From the NCBI GenBank assembly GCA_001179505.1, contig CDMY01000781.1:124001-188000 (forward strand): a DNA stretch of 64,000 nt. Reading direction: 5' to 3'. This DNA is from Vitrella brassicaformis CCMP3155. Lineage: Eukaryota; Protista; Chromerida. Under the pieces are notes generated by a model. The model did no database searches. It was not told where the DNA came from and saw nothing but the letters and a program-made list of their open reading frames with translations. This document shows, piece after piece, positions 14,441-27,200 of this stretch. The translations under genes were made by a program, and so were the position numbers. Positions within the stretch are counted from its first letter, which is position 1, and each line of letters opens with the position of its first letter.

Positions 14441-15622
14441 ATGGCACGAACGAACAACGAGGCGACCAATACAGAGAAGAGTCAGTGAGCACATGGGAGG
14501 AGCAGGCCGGCAGGCAGGCAGACGCAAATTCGACTTCTGCATGTGGGTGTGGGCATATGTGTGTGTGTGTGTGTGTGCAGTGCGTCAGCATCAGCTGATG
14601 AAGCGGATGAGCGCCAAGCCGTCGGGCGTGCACGAGGAGATGGACCTCGCTGTCTGCTCGGACGTCATCGGCTTCGAACAAACCGTAAGATGACAGCGCA
14701 AGACAGACAAGACAAACGCGAACCACACATCCTATGCGCATGAGAGTGAGTGTGTGTGTGTGTGTGTGTCAGCTGGCGCTGAATGCCTCGTCCAAGTTCG
14801 CCAAGATCCGCGAGATCCTCGAGGCCAACCCCACCGACAAGTGAGGAGGAAGATCGCCAGACCCACATCCGCACCCGCAACAAGGACATCACGTCACGTC
14901 CACACACACTCAATCCTGTGCTGTGCAGGTCGCTGGTGTCCGATGTGGACCGTCAGCTCATCCTGAAGATTAGCTTCAAGAACCCCGTCACCCTCACATT
15001 CATCTCCTTCAGGGCAGACGTGCCCCCCAAACCCAACCCAGACACAGCTGGCGACGGTGGTGGAGGAGGAGACGATGATGACATCAGCCCGCCGTCAATC
15101 ATAAGGATATATTCCAATAAGGAGGTGGGTGGGGTGGGGTGGCTGGAGAGATCGGGCGGGAGGCCACGCGTCTCATGGATGGATGGATGGATGGGCGTGT
15201 TGTTTGTAGGATATGGACTTCGACGAGGTGGACCGATTGGAGCCCAGCCAGACCTTCGAACTCTCGAAAGAACAGCTGTAAGCTAAGCAGACAAGGGGGG
15301 GGAGGTCTCTGTCTGCAGACACACTGCATGTCCTGTCTGTTGGTACGGTGCGTGTTTCAGCTCTGGCCAGCGGTTGGTGCTGCGAGGCAGTAGGTTCCAG
15401 CGGTGCAGCTCGATCCAGATCTTCGTCGAAGACAACCACGGCGACACGTGAGAATGAATGGACTGAGCCCTCAATGCTCAATGCAATCAATGCTCATGGC
15501 ATGGCCACCTTGTGTGTCCTTTCCCTTTTCCATTTCATTTGTCTGTCAGTGAGCAGACCTTCCTCAATCGGGTGTCTCTGATCGGCCGGTCGGCCGACAG
15601 CTACCACTCCTCATACAGATGA
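14441..15622 (+). CDS. PITH-domain protein (TXNL1/PITHD1-type proteasome-interacting domain)
   Basis: Spliced product includes SLVSDVDRQLILKISFKNPVTLTFISFRA, PPSIIRIYSNKEDMDFDEVD, QRLVLRGSRFQRCSSIQIFVEDNHGDTEQTFLNRVSLIG, which matches the PITH pattern. TGA at 15620-15622. Confidence 0.85.
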
Positions 15623-16465
15623 TAGCCTAGCCGCCCGGGTGATGGTGAAAAAACAGACGGCCGTGTGCGTCGGCCGATGGTCGTGATGCGACGTGACCCT
15701 TGATGGATGGATGGATGGAGACGTGTGTGTCAGTGTCTTCTCCTGCCTACTTCCTTACACGAGTCTTTTTCGTGGGTGTAAAGACGATAGCTATCTATCT
15801 GCCTTGATAGGTGGACGTGCATGTGTTCGTTCGTTGATTGATTGATGCACTGATGCGTGGGGACTCTGAGTGTCCATTCATGGCTTATACAAATACAAAA
15901 TGGTGCAAGTCTTGTCTTGCACAGACATTACACGTCTGGCCTGCTCTCTGCCGTGCCTCGTCCAAGGGTCAGACCTCCACACCCAAGGCTGTTGTCACGG
16001 CCAATTCGCAGGCCGCTGCAACGACGTTGGGCGGTGACGTGACACCCTTGAAGAGGCACATGCGTGTCGCTTACCGCATCTTGCCTCATGCACAGACGAC
16101 ATATCATGCGCGCACACAACGCCTGGGCGCTCGCGGCTCCATGAGTCCCTACACTGCCGTGCTGTGGGCTGTGCCTCATGACGGGTCAGACCCCAGCAGC
16201 GAACTCGGTCGCCGCGGCCAATTCGCAGGCCGCTGCATGCCTCCCGAGTTCGCAGACAAGATCTTACCCGTCATGAGACACAGCCACACCGCTCAGGAAT
16301 ACAACACCACACACACACTTCCTGGCTGGCCTCGCTCACGCTGTGGACACGCACCCTGGCCACACGGACACCTTGACAAATAGTGACTGACATGAACAAT
16401 TGCACTCTGTACATGTGCACACACCGTACGCCACGTCATTGACCGGCCACATATCATCACTCACG

Positions 16466-18678
16466 TCAGCAGTCGAGAGGCCGCTGATAGAGCGGCGGTC
16501 TGCTGGGGCACCTCTCCGCCATGTGTGGGTGGGGCGGCCGGCTGTTGAACTCGTTCAGCTGCATCACGTGCCCACCCATCACCTGCCGGGGGCCGTCGGC
16601 GTAGAGCGTCAGCGAGTAGAGGTCGAAGTTGTGCACTTCGGCGCAGTTGATGCTGTCCGCCAGACGGCCGAACAGCCCCCCGGCCTTGTACATGGAACAC
16701 ACGAACGTCGAGCACACTCGAGCAGGGGCAACCACTGCCTCTTCCACGCCATTCCTGAACCACACACACCCAGACACCGCACACGTTGGCCCATGCTCGT
16801 GGTGTTCAGGATCTACACAGAGAGAGACTGACCGCTTTGTGTGGTAGGTCCAGTGGTCCTGTTCGGGTATGGTGTTGATGTCCATCATGGCGACGCCCCG
16901 CTGGCGGGCCTCCTCGAACACATCGGCAGGAGTGGTGAGGTTGGTGTCCAGCCGCCTGTTCCACGCCTGCATGTACATCCGACCCGCCAGCAGGGGCAGG
17001 TGACGATACGCCGCTGACGCCGCTATCTGCAGAACCAATGTATTAAGGAAACCCATGCATGGCTGCGGTGTGGTGTGCTTGGGTGCGGTGGTCTTGAGTA
17101 TGTGACGTACGTACCTCCATCTGTTGCCATTGGAGGCACTCTGTGAAGGAAGGCGGCAGACACGGCAGGTTGTCCTGCACACACACACACACACACACAC
17201 ACAGGGGTGGTTGTCAACGTCAACACGGTAGGTATGCGGTCTCTGCCTGCCCCAGCTAGGTACCTTGACAGTGTCGATCCAGGTGAAGAGGATGTTCTCA
17301 TAGCCGTAGTTGACGCCCTCCACACCACTGAACCACTCCAGCGCTGCCGTCGAGTTCAACGCCTCGCGAGAAGCTGCCGACAACGTCGAGTACATCACCT
17401 GCACGCAGTACACACACACATAGAGGTGTCCCTGTCTGTCTGTCTGTTCGTCGACCCGTTGGCTCACGCACGTACGTTGTATCCTGCAGCTTGTGCCTGC
17501 TTCAGCCACAGTCTGAGTGGCGTCCTCTGCAGCCCATTGGTGGGCCAGTGGCTGCTCTTGGTGGTCGCCTCATACACATACGGCTCGCCGTGTTCGTCAT
17601 GGAAGATGACCGCCTCATGCCCGTCCGTCGCCCCCATCCCCCACGCCAGCATCGGGTCCAGCCCGTCGAGCCGCAAAATGTTGAACAGGTCACCGTCCCT
17701 CACCTTGCTCACATCCAGGGGGTCAAGCGGCCCTTCCACAGGAGGCAGCACCACCCCCCTATACTTTGCAAGGAAATCCAGGTTGCTCCTCTCCGCCAGG
17801 GCATCCGGCCGTCGTGCGGTCAGCGGCCGGAAGAGCAATAGCGTGGCCTTCAGGCTGTGAAGCGTCTCTGCGGGCGGCAGCGAGAAACGGAACACCCTGA
17901 TGCCGTTGGCCAGCAGGTCGGACCTCTCGGCCGCAGACAGGCTGCTGTGAAGGGGCCAGTGGAAGTGGACGGCTCTGCGGAAGGGCTCGGGGCGCAGCGA
18001 GCGGAGATGGAGGCCCTCGAGGGTCGCCAGGAGGTAGTGGTCACCACACGGCGGGAAGCGGGAAGTGGGATGGCCCAGCTCTATGGACACTGTCATGGCG
18101 GGATCGACGCCGTTCCAGCTGGCATGGGCAGAGCTGTGAGGAAAGCAGGATCCGCCCAGAGCCTTGACAGTGCCGTTGACAGGGAGGTTGGTCACATAGG
18201 GCGGCAAGAAGCGCCAGTAGGGGTACAGATGGAAGTCGGTCTCCTCTTTCCGCATTGGCGCGTCTGGCTGAGCGACCTCCTCGACGATAGGGAGCAGGTC
18301 GGTCACCATCCTCTCCAGCAGCTCACGAGGCGACTCGATGAGGGCATGGGAGTCGACGGGCTGCACTCCGCCCATGACGAGGGCGAACGAGTCCCCGAAC
18401 TTGAGCGTCGTCTGCGGCAGGATTTCCGACCAGCTCACCGGCCGCTGCTGAGTCCGCACCGCTGTTTGCCGGAGAAGCATGGCTGCGGCAAGCAACAGAA
18501 GGGTGAGCAGGCCGAGAGTGAAGATGAGCCGTGGCTTGAGGAGGGCGCGGGCGACATTGAGGTGATTGGCTGGTGCCGCTGTTGTTTCTGGTGCTGGTGC
18601 ATGGTGCTCATCTTGCTGCAGAAGAGGTGACTGTCGCGCGGTCCTCCAGTGCGATGCGTCTTCAAAATAAGATGACAT
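16466..18678 (-). CDS. Conserved uncharacterised type-II membrane protein with a probable permuted papain-like (YiiX/YaeF-type NlpC/P60) domain
   Basis: N-terminal TM (LIFTLGLLTLLLLAAAMLL); GDLF...GHEAVI; YGYENILFTWIDT; AWNRRL; IPEQDHWTY; CSTFVCSMYKAGG; C-terminal PHMAERCPSRPPLYQRPLDC*. These motifs recall a conserved plant/algal/protist family of unknown function (from memory). Confidence 0.85.
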
Positions 18679-18991
18679 TGTCGATGAATCAGGCGTGGTT
18701 GGTTGGTTGGTCATTTGGCGTGAGCGCTGAGCCACGTTAGCTGAACTGGCCCTGCACTTGTTGACCCCGAGCCCTTCTCCTCCTTCCTTTTCCTCTCTTT
18801 CCTCCTTCCTTCTTGCGAGCCTTTTTGCGAGCTGTGTTCGGTTTCGACAAAGGCATTAAACTCACACACAGGGGATGCACACACATGCATGGGTGTCGTC
18901 TGCAGGGCCTCGCAAAGGAAAAACCACAACGGGCCCCTCCCTTCCCTCCCGTCTAGATGTCTGTGCGTATGTCTTGAGTCACGTCGGCTCG

Positions 18992-19276
18992 TCAGTCAGC
19001 GGTCTCCTTGCCCCAACACCCGACAGCCTACACACACACACACACACACACACCGAGAGAGATGCATGTGGGATCGGTTGTGTGTGTCTGTGGTGTGGTT
19101 ACCTGGAGCAGCTGCACCAGTGCCTCGCGCATTTCGCTGCCGGTGAGTCCAACAGTCAGGAGCCCGGAACTGATCGGCATGCCGTTCCACTGATGCACCC
19201 AGTTCACTATCCCGTGTCGAGGAGCCTCGGGCACCGAAGCTAAGAAGTCGGACAGCCTAAAGCTGGTTCCACCCAT
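18992..19276 (-). CDS. Possible 69-aa two-exon small ORF, or spliced leader/lncRNA
   Basis: ATG at 19276, canonical CAG|GTAACC...TGTGTAG intron at 19028-19102, TGA at 18992-18994. No recognisable motif. Confidence 0.3.
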
Positions 19277-19512
19277 AAGCACCTACTCGCCCATAGAGCC
19301 AATCTGCATTCCGTGAAACCGCTCCTCCTGCGAGCTGAGAGACGAGAGAACGAATCGAGAACGAATGAATCGAGATCTCCTTCCTATCTCTCATCCGCAT
19401 CTGTCTATGTCTTCGTCTCGTCTACAGAACCTCCGCTTTGTCACTGTTGCTTCGCTCCTCAGCCGACTCCCCGGTGGCCGCCAACTGATAGCATCTCCCT
19501 GTGCACTTAACG

Positions 19513-20423
19513 ATGTCGGCGTTCTATCGACTCCCCGCGGCGCTGCTCATTCTTGCCGTGGTCTTCTCCCCCTCCGCTCTTGCACAGGTCAATCAATCAA
19601 AGAACACACACTGCCAGTCCAGTTGCATATGGATGCAATGCATGTGTATCTCCTGCTGTGGCCGCAGGTCGCGGACGTTAGCAGCACCGCAGCGGAACTG
19701 CCCTTTTTTTCGGTGGTCGGGATAGTGTCCAACAAGAGTGTGCGGTTCCGCATGGACAACTGCGGGCCGGGGGACGTGACCTTCAGCGCCATCGATGGGA
19801 ACAATGACACCGTGCACTTATTTCTTGATGAGCAACTCATGACACACGTGCCCTTCGGCGACTCTAAGGAGCTAACGCTCAAGTGGACGGCAGATGGTGA
19901 CACCGAGCTGCTGAGTCTGACGCTCTTCGGCGACTTCTCATCGGATCAGCCCGACCCGTCGATTCGTGAAGGAGAATGCGTCCCGGAGTGTGCACTGCTG
20001 GAAGCAAAGGCCCTTGGGGGCATGCTTCACCTGAAGATGGGCAGCAACGTCTTCCCGTAAGTAACCTGCACACGCTGCATCCCATCCTGGCTGACATTCA
20101 TTCACACACTGGGTTTCTGGTTTCTGTCTGTGTGTAGGTATGATCTCGTCAACTTGGTCGAGCGCAACGGCGAGGAGCTGCCCAACTCTGGGATAGTCAT
20201 TCCCAAGTACGGGTCGACAGACCAGCCGCAGCTGGAGTTCCTCGAGATGATGAACGAAGGTGACGACCTGTATGCGGCGCTTATGCCCAAGGACGACAAG
20301 GATGGCACTGGGCCGCTGATTTTCGCGGCCTTCCAGAATTGGCGGTCGGATTGCTCTCGACGACGCATGTTGAGAGCTCAGGGGAATGCGGTCATCGACA
20401 GAAAGATCGGGCCGACGCGCTAG
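19513..20423 (+). CDS. Secreted hypothetical protein (3 exons, about 250 aa)
   Basis: Signal peptide MSAFYRLPAALLILAVVFSPSALA-Q, two GT-AG introns in frame, beta-rich acidic body, TAG at 20421-20423. Confidence 0.75.
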
Positions 20424-20660
20424 GCTGGGCGTTGGAGTGAGCACGCCACTCAGGAAAAGGTGAGGATGATAACGAACCCATCGCAGCAAGACACCATTCC
20501 AGGTCTTTGGCTTACGCGTCTCTTTGCCTCCTTGCCGTTTTGCTTTGAGTGTGCAGGTTTGCGCATCATTCGTATGCCATCGCGGGTACAAGCGGAGCCG
20601 GCAATGGGACGGAATAAGCGTCTCTTGTAGTTTGTGCGTATGTTTGTCGTTGTGGTTTTG

Positions 20661-20728
20661 TGTGCCTGGGTTGGGTTGAGTGCGTCAGTGGTTGTGTGCC
20701 TGGGTTGGGTTGAGTGCGTCAGTGGTTG
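20661..20728. repeat. Exact 34-bp direct tandem duplication
   Basis: TGTGCCTGGGTTGGGTTGAGTGCGTCAGTGGTTG at 20661-20694 and again at 20695-20728. Confidence 0.95.
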
Positions 20729-21190
20729 TCGTCGTCATTCTTCTTCATCCATTCACGTCGATTGTCCGGGTTTTGTCCATCATTTGGCCACGTGTGTCAT
20801 GGTGTCTGTGGTGGGTGGGTCGGTGTCACGGACATAGTCAGGCGAGCGCCTGCAGTAAGGACACGCACATGCGCTTTTTTCAGCCGCCTGTTTTTAAGGC
20901 TGGGTGGGCAGACAAGTCGTATAGCCAGGTGATGGGGTGGATCCGTGCTAGGTTGTCTGTTGCATTGGCACGTGGTGCGAGTATGTGTGTGCAAGGTGAG
21001 TCGATTGACACAGTACATTTCAGCAGAGAGAGACGTGCCTTCTCTCCATGAATTGTTCTTGCCAATGGTTGATGAATGGTCGTTGATGAAGGCGACAAAT
21101 CAGCCAATAGGACCAAATAAGGATGGATGCAATCGATCACGCGCTGCATGCGAGCTTGGAATGAAAAAAAGAAAGTGCCATGAAGAAAAT

Positions 21191-24096
21191 ATGACTGAGG
21201 TAAGCCAAGGCCTGTTGTAGACGCGGTGCGGTGTGCATGCAGGCTGATCTCTGTCCGTGTCGCGTACAGGGGTCGCATCTTGCTGGTCTGAGGAGCAAGT
21301 GTGCTCAGCTGGCGGCACTCCAGCAAGGCATCGAGGAGCTTCGTCAGAGGGTGACTGAACACAAGACAGACAGATGATCCACCCGGCTGCACCCGTGCCG
21401 CACTGCTGCTGCGTGTCTGTTGCGTGTTGTCTGCAGGCTGGGAGGGTGTTGGAACTTAGCCGCGATAGAGATGACTCATCGCAGCCGCCCGGAATCAGAG
21501 CCTCAGAGGTGAGATCAAGCTGGACACCATGACACATGAAGGTGCTCATTTTGTTTGTGCGCTGCTGGCCGTTGGTTCCTTCAGCCTGTCCGTGGCCAGT
21601 GTGCGGTGCTGGTAAGCCTCCTCCAGAGGCTTGGTCATGACGACCTACGGCCGAGTGAAGTGGAGTCGCTCGTGCATCTTGCCAACACCAAATGTGACAC
21701 CATCTCGGCCATGCTGCAGCGACCGGTACGCGGACACCTACACACCACAAGTCGCGCATTGAGCTGACTGGCAACACACGCAATGCTCCTTGTGTGTGTG
21801 TGTGTGTGTCAGTCTTCGTCCGTACCGTCTCTCATCACACTGCCCGAGTCGTGCTTCAGCGGCCACATCGGCCCCCTCGTCGGCACCAAGACCATGATCT
21901 CCAAACTCGCCCCGGCACACTCGGCCCTGCACACCATCTCCCGCAAGCCGGTCACACACAAGACCATCCATCTGGGCAAGTGCTTCTACTTCGCCATCAA
22001 GATGACTCCGCAGCAGATGGCTGTGTGGGGTCCGGCATTCAGCAAGGCCAAGCGGGCGGTCTTGGCATGTGCGCCGACCCTGGGCGTAGTGGAGCTGCTC
22101 GAGCATGCGGCCAAGACGCTGGAGGAGCTTGAGGCGTGGTCGGATTGTTATCATGTAGACAAAGCCGTTGGCGAATGGCTGCGGGGCCGACAAAGGAGGG
22201 AAGAGATCGTCTTCCCCCTGCTGGCGCGCGTCAAGGTGGCCGGGTGGTGGATATGCGTCGCCAACAGGCGGCACTGGAAACTCATGTAAGCCAGACACAT
22301 ACGGCACATTCGCATCCGTCTACTCACTGTCTGCCGGTCCATCTGTCTGCCTGTCTGTCTCTCTGTCAGCTCGCTCGTCGATATCCACCTTCGCGACATG
22401 TATGTCGAGGATGACAGCCGTTGGGACGATCCCGAGAAGTGCTCTGGCTACAACGGCGTCGCTTGCAGCGATTGGCTGGGGGCAGGCCCGGGACCGCACC
22501 ATCTGACGCTTGAGGTCTCATGGGGTGACGGCTGGCAGATCGAGGACCTCCGCCACATGCTCAAGCCATCCATCAAGTGAGAAGAGAAGAGAATATCGGC
22601 GTGTGTCCACCTATGTAAGACACTTTGTATGCGCGTGTGTGTGTACTGTCCATGGCAGGCGCCTCAAAGGCCTCCAGTGCGTTCCAGTGAGCCGGTGGCA
22701 CCTGGACGATGTTGTCGACATCCCGCTCCAGCTGGACGACCTTCAGATAGACGTCGACCGCGCAGTCAATTTCGAATTCTTACAGGTACGTGAAGGCTAT
22801 ATGCCCACATACAGATGCAAATGTGCCGCATGCATGTGTGTGCCCGTCCATCAGATGATTGCGCATCTTCGGTCCACATGGATGGCCCCCAGCGGCGTCA
22901 TCACCTTCACCTGCCGTCATGACGTCACCTTTGACGTCCTGCGAGAGCTACAGCACTTGGAGGACTGCCCGTCTTTGGCTGGCACACTTTTTTATCTCGC
23001 TTCTCTCGTCAAGCGTGTCGTGTTTCCTCATGGGCTGGGACAGGGGGAGGCAGTGCCGTCTGTCGTACTGTATCGGCTCCCTCAGCTGGTCTTTTCGCAA
23101 GCTGAGAAGCTGGACTTGTCCCGTTCTGCTGTTGGGTCTGACTCCCTCCCTGACGTTTTTCTTTCGCACATATCTGATGCCCACTTTCCTCGCGTCACAA
23201 CACTCGAGCTGGGACAGGCAGTGGGGATCAGAGCTCAGGAGGTAGTGAGGCGGGCCACAGATCTCAAGTCGATCAGAGAGCTGCATTTTCAGAAGGGTGG
23301 ACGGGTTTCTGTGCCGTTCTTCTTCCCTCGCTGCTTGGGGGCGTGCAGCCAGACAGGCCCGCCTCTGCACATCAAGACTCGGTACATGGACTCGGCTGAT
23401 GTGAGGGTCGACACGAGCGTGTGGGCGCTATGGGAGGGCGGGGGTGGGAGTGAGGGGCAGAAGGGGGTGGAGAGGCGCATTCAGAAGATCAGTGTCACAG
23501 TCCATTGGGAGCGTACCACCAGACAGACAGGCAGAAGAGCTGGCAAGAAGGGGGTGAGCAGTGAGGCAGCGAAGAAGAAGGGAGGCGATCAGGAAGGGGA
23601 TCGGGGCATCTTGAAGACGTGCCTGCACGCCATGGACAAGTGCCCTCTCCTCGACACGATTGTCCTCACTCTCTGCGGCTTGTCTGACTTCTCCGGTGAT
23701 GAGCTAGAAGCCAGTCCTGTCGAAGCCAGTCCTATTGATATGGTGGGGGTCAGCTCTGAGGCAGTCAAAAACCGGCTGCTATCGCGTGGCTTCGTGGCGG
23801 TGCAGACAGGCCCCTCATGTGTTCAATTGTGTTGCGTGTTTGGCCGTCTGTTCCCCCGATGGCTGGTTGAAAATGTGTCTGGCCTCTCCCTCTCTACCCC
23901 CTTCTCACGCCATGCGTCAATGGATGACACTGTGCCGCTGTGTGAGGCTGTGCTGGCACATGTGGGCATGCGCTTTCCTCGTTTCATAGCCCGGCAGCTC
24001 AGCAATGAGTTGGAGAGGGCTGTGAAAGCAGAGGCACGCGGGTGTTGGCACAGACTCAGACGTGAGGCGCGGCGCAAGAAGGGCATGAGTCAATAG
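21191..24096 (+). CDS. Lineage-specific hypothetical protein with degenerate LRR-like repeats
   Basis: ATGACTGAG|GTAAG micro first exon, then spliced exons with LEELEAWS, VFPLLARVKV, FSQAEKLDLS, FPRVTTLELG, IRELHF patterns. Long terminal exon ends at TAG 24094-24096. The style resembles expanded chromerid-specific families. Confidence 0.7.
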
Positions 24097-24298
24097 ATGC
24101 CGGATGGCTGACTGGAATAGCTGCCAAAACGCACACATATGTGTCCTGTCTACCTGAATGAATGCACTTGAACCGACCCGTCATGGATTCAAATATCGCT
24201 CGAAGTGCATATTACAGGAGTGTCCTTCCAATCCCCTGAGACACACGCACGCCATGCAACCTCTATTCAACACCCACTCCCGAGATTGCACCACGCAG

Positions 24299-27200
24299 CT
24301 ATCGTCTTCTTTTCCCTCCAGACGTCATTATCAATCGACGGTGTTTGCCCAGCCCACCAGTCCTGGCCTCCTCCCTCCCATCAGCCGCAGCCTTGAACCT
24401 CACTCCAGCTGTAGCCGTTGCACTGGCCGTGATCCCCCCCTCTGACTTGTCTTCGTCCTGCACCACCAGAGGGACGGCCACAGAAAGCAAGGAGCTCTCC
24501 GCAGGGGCGGTGCGGAGCTCCCTCGTCTCTGAGTTGTCTCCCGGCCCTGACTCTCGGGAGGGCGGCAGCTTTCGAGATGGAGGGCTGCGGAGAGACGGGA
24601 AGGGGTCTGCCACAGCTGGCAGCTCTGACGGCCAGCTGGTGGTGTCTGTCTGCATCAGCGGGTCGGCCTGTCCAGACGGTGGGCGGGCGGATGGCACATC
24701 AGAGGCCGCAGAAGAGTGCATCGACTTGACCCTCAGAGGCAGAGACGTCCACCAAGGGGAGGAAGGTGGGGCTCTCAGCACTGCACGGCGCATTGTCCTC
24801 GTCGACCGGATCGGGACAAACACTTTCGGCACGGCATACTTGGGCTTCGTCGTTGGCCTGTCCTCCTGCGCCCTCTGCGACCTGGGGGAGAGGATAGTCG
24901 GCTTGAGTGATGGGGGGAGGGGTGTCGGCTCATTCGCACGCTGGATGAGAGCCGCCTCGGTTATCTCACATCGTGTTCGTGGCGGCAGCTCGGTTGACAG
25001 AGTGATGGTTGAAGTGTCGACGGGCATCGCTCGGGGAAGCGGCTCTCGCGGCGTTCGGAGACTCGCGAGAGACACCTCATAATCATCATCTTGTGTGCGC
25101 GACTTTGGCCGCATTCCCGTGTCGATGCGAGCGTCGCCTGGCTGACGTTTGGGGCGGGGAGGGGGGCGGGGAGGGGGGCGGCGATAGGATGGCCGCACTG
25201 TTGTCCCGTGGTCCTCAACATGAACGCGAGGCGTCCAGAGATTCTAAATGAGAAAAGACATACCAGAGGTAGACCATTCCATGTCTGTGTCTCACTCGCT
25301 GACCGTGGATTTGTTGAGCAGCAGAAAGGCTACGGGCCCCATTTGGCTGATATCTTGTCCCATGACCTCAACAAACTCCTCCCTCTTCTCCAGCAGACAC
25401 GGCTGGTAGCTAGACCGATAAGACACCATGGCACTGGCCTTAGCAATCCGGGACGTGTCGAGCGGCAGATCCGTCTGCGTCCGAGCGGTGGTCGGCTCGG
25501 TGGACGGGAGCGTCGTACGCTCAGTCCGCCTGCGACGCTTGCGGCGACTAATGGTGACCAGAGAAGAGGACGGGAGACAGAGTGATGATGTTCCTTTGTG
25601 TCTCGTCTCTCTGTGCCGAACATGGCTTACGTCGGTGGAGCTGCCTTGCACGTGTGGATCAGGATATCCATGAGTGCCGCCTTCTCAGGCGACAGCGGCT
25701 CCACAAGGCTAGAATCCTCCACACGCCGCCGGAGGCAAAGCCGTCTCATCGAAGTGCCGAGTTCAGTCGATCTCTTGGTAATCGGCTGCACCACCTCCTC
25801 CTCGCCGCTCGGCTGCCTGCGAGCCCTCTCAGGGCTCACTGCCCGGCTGGCCGGCGCAGAGAACGACAGATACGGCAGCGGCATGCCCGGCAGCACCCCG
25901 TCAGCAAGAGCAGCCAGCAGCTGGTCGTCCGAATCCTCCCGTTGCATCCTCGGCAGCTGCAGCTGGGTAGCGGACGATGGCCGTGTCTTGGACAGCCGAG
26001 AGCCCCGCGACCGAATGCTTGAGCTGGCGGAGGATCCCTCACGCCCGCCTTGGGTGAGAGATAGGCTGCGTGAGGGGAAGGCCATGCCGGGCATCATGGC
26101 TGTGGGCGACTCGGACAACTCCTCCTCGGGCGTCTCTATCCAGCGCCCTTCTACCGGCTGTGTCCACCCAATGGATGTCGGTAGAAAGCCTTTGAGCCAG
26201 CTGGTCTGGGGGATGACGGACAAATGACTGTCGAAGCCGATCAGCAGGTCGCCGGGGCTTTCATTGGTCTACATGCCGATACAGAAACAAAGAAGGTAGG
26301 TGACGCAGGGCGAATTGCTGAGTGACAACATTACTTGTTTGAATGAGATGTATGTGAGTGGACTTGGGAAGGCGATCTGCTTCAGGATGGTCAGGCTGCG
26401 GTTCCAGATACGCACCTCGTGAGCCACACTGCAACACATACACACAACACAGCTATGCGTATGTAGAGCCGCATCTGTGTCGCGGCACTGTGTTTTCCCA
26501 CCTGATCGAAGCAAAGACGTTAAGGTTGATGGAGTAGTCGATCTGCATCACCTCTGTGGCATGGATCTCACCAACGACCTCTGTCCACCGATGTCGCCGC
26601 CGACGTGAGCCGGTCTTCTCTATCGACACCACCTGCACACATCAGACAAGACAATGGATCAGACACCGACTTGTTCGTGCCTTGGCTGCTGAGACAGGCA
26701 GCTCACGTGTCCTGTTGTCGTGCCCACAGCAATGCCCCCAAACTGCAAAGCGATTTCATCACGCTGTACGTCCATCCAGCGCTCGTTGCCACTGTCAGCT
26801 GACGAAGAGGCTGAAGAAGAGGAACCGCTCTCACCGTCAGGCTCCTTAAAGCCAATACTCCTCCGCTTGAGAGTCGTCGATCGGCGCTTGTACGGCGTTT
26901 CAGCAAGCTGGGTGGTCTTGCGGGAGGGCCGCTCCACGTGTCTCTCGAGGAAAGGCGCGAACGAGACAGGCAGGCCATAGACGCTTCCCCCCTTGAGCGC
27001 CAGCCGCTCGACAATCCTTGCCTTCTCCACATCCCAAATCGTGAAGTTGAGGGTCACGTCAGTGAGGATGACCTTGGCTTCAAGCGGCGACAAAATCACC
27101 TCCATCCCAGCAATCTTGGTGGTCAGCGCGCGGTACCTCCCGTGCAGCTGGATGGGCGGAGCCGCCGCAGCACTGGGGTAGGGCCGCTGGGCCGCTGGCC

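Noticed and set aside
15838-16383. 181-aa plus-strand ORF between convergent genes
   Set aside because: No motifs, no typical introns and unremarkable composition; probably 3' UTR sequence, though not excluded.
20661-20728. 34-bp direct repeat as a possible CRISPR repeat or transposon end
   Set aside because: Only two adjacent copies with no spacer, no terminal inverted repeat or target-site duplication, and a eukaryotic context; a simple slippage duplication.
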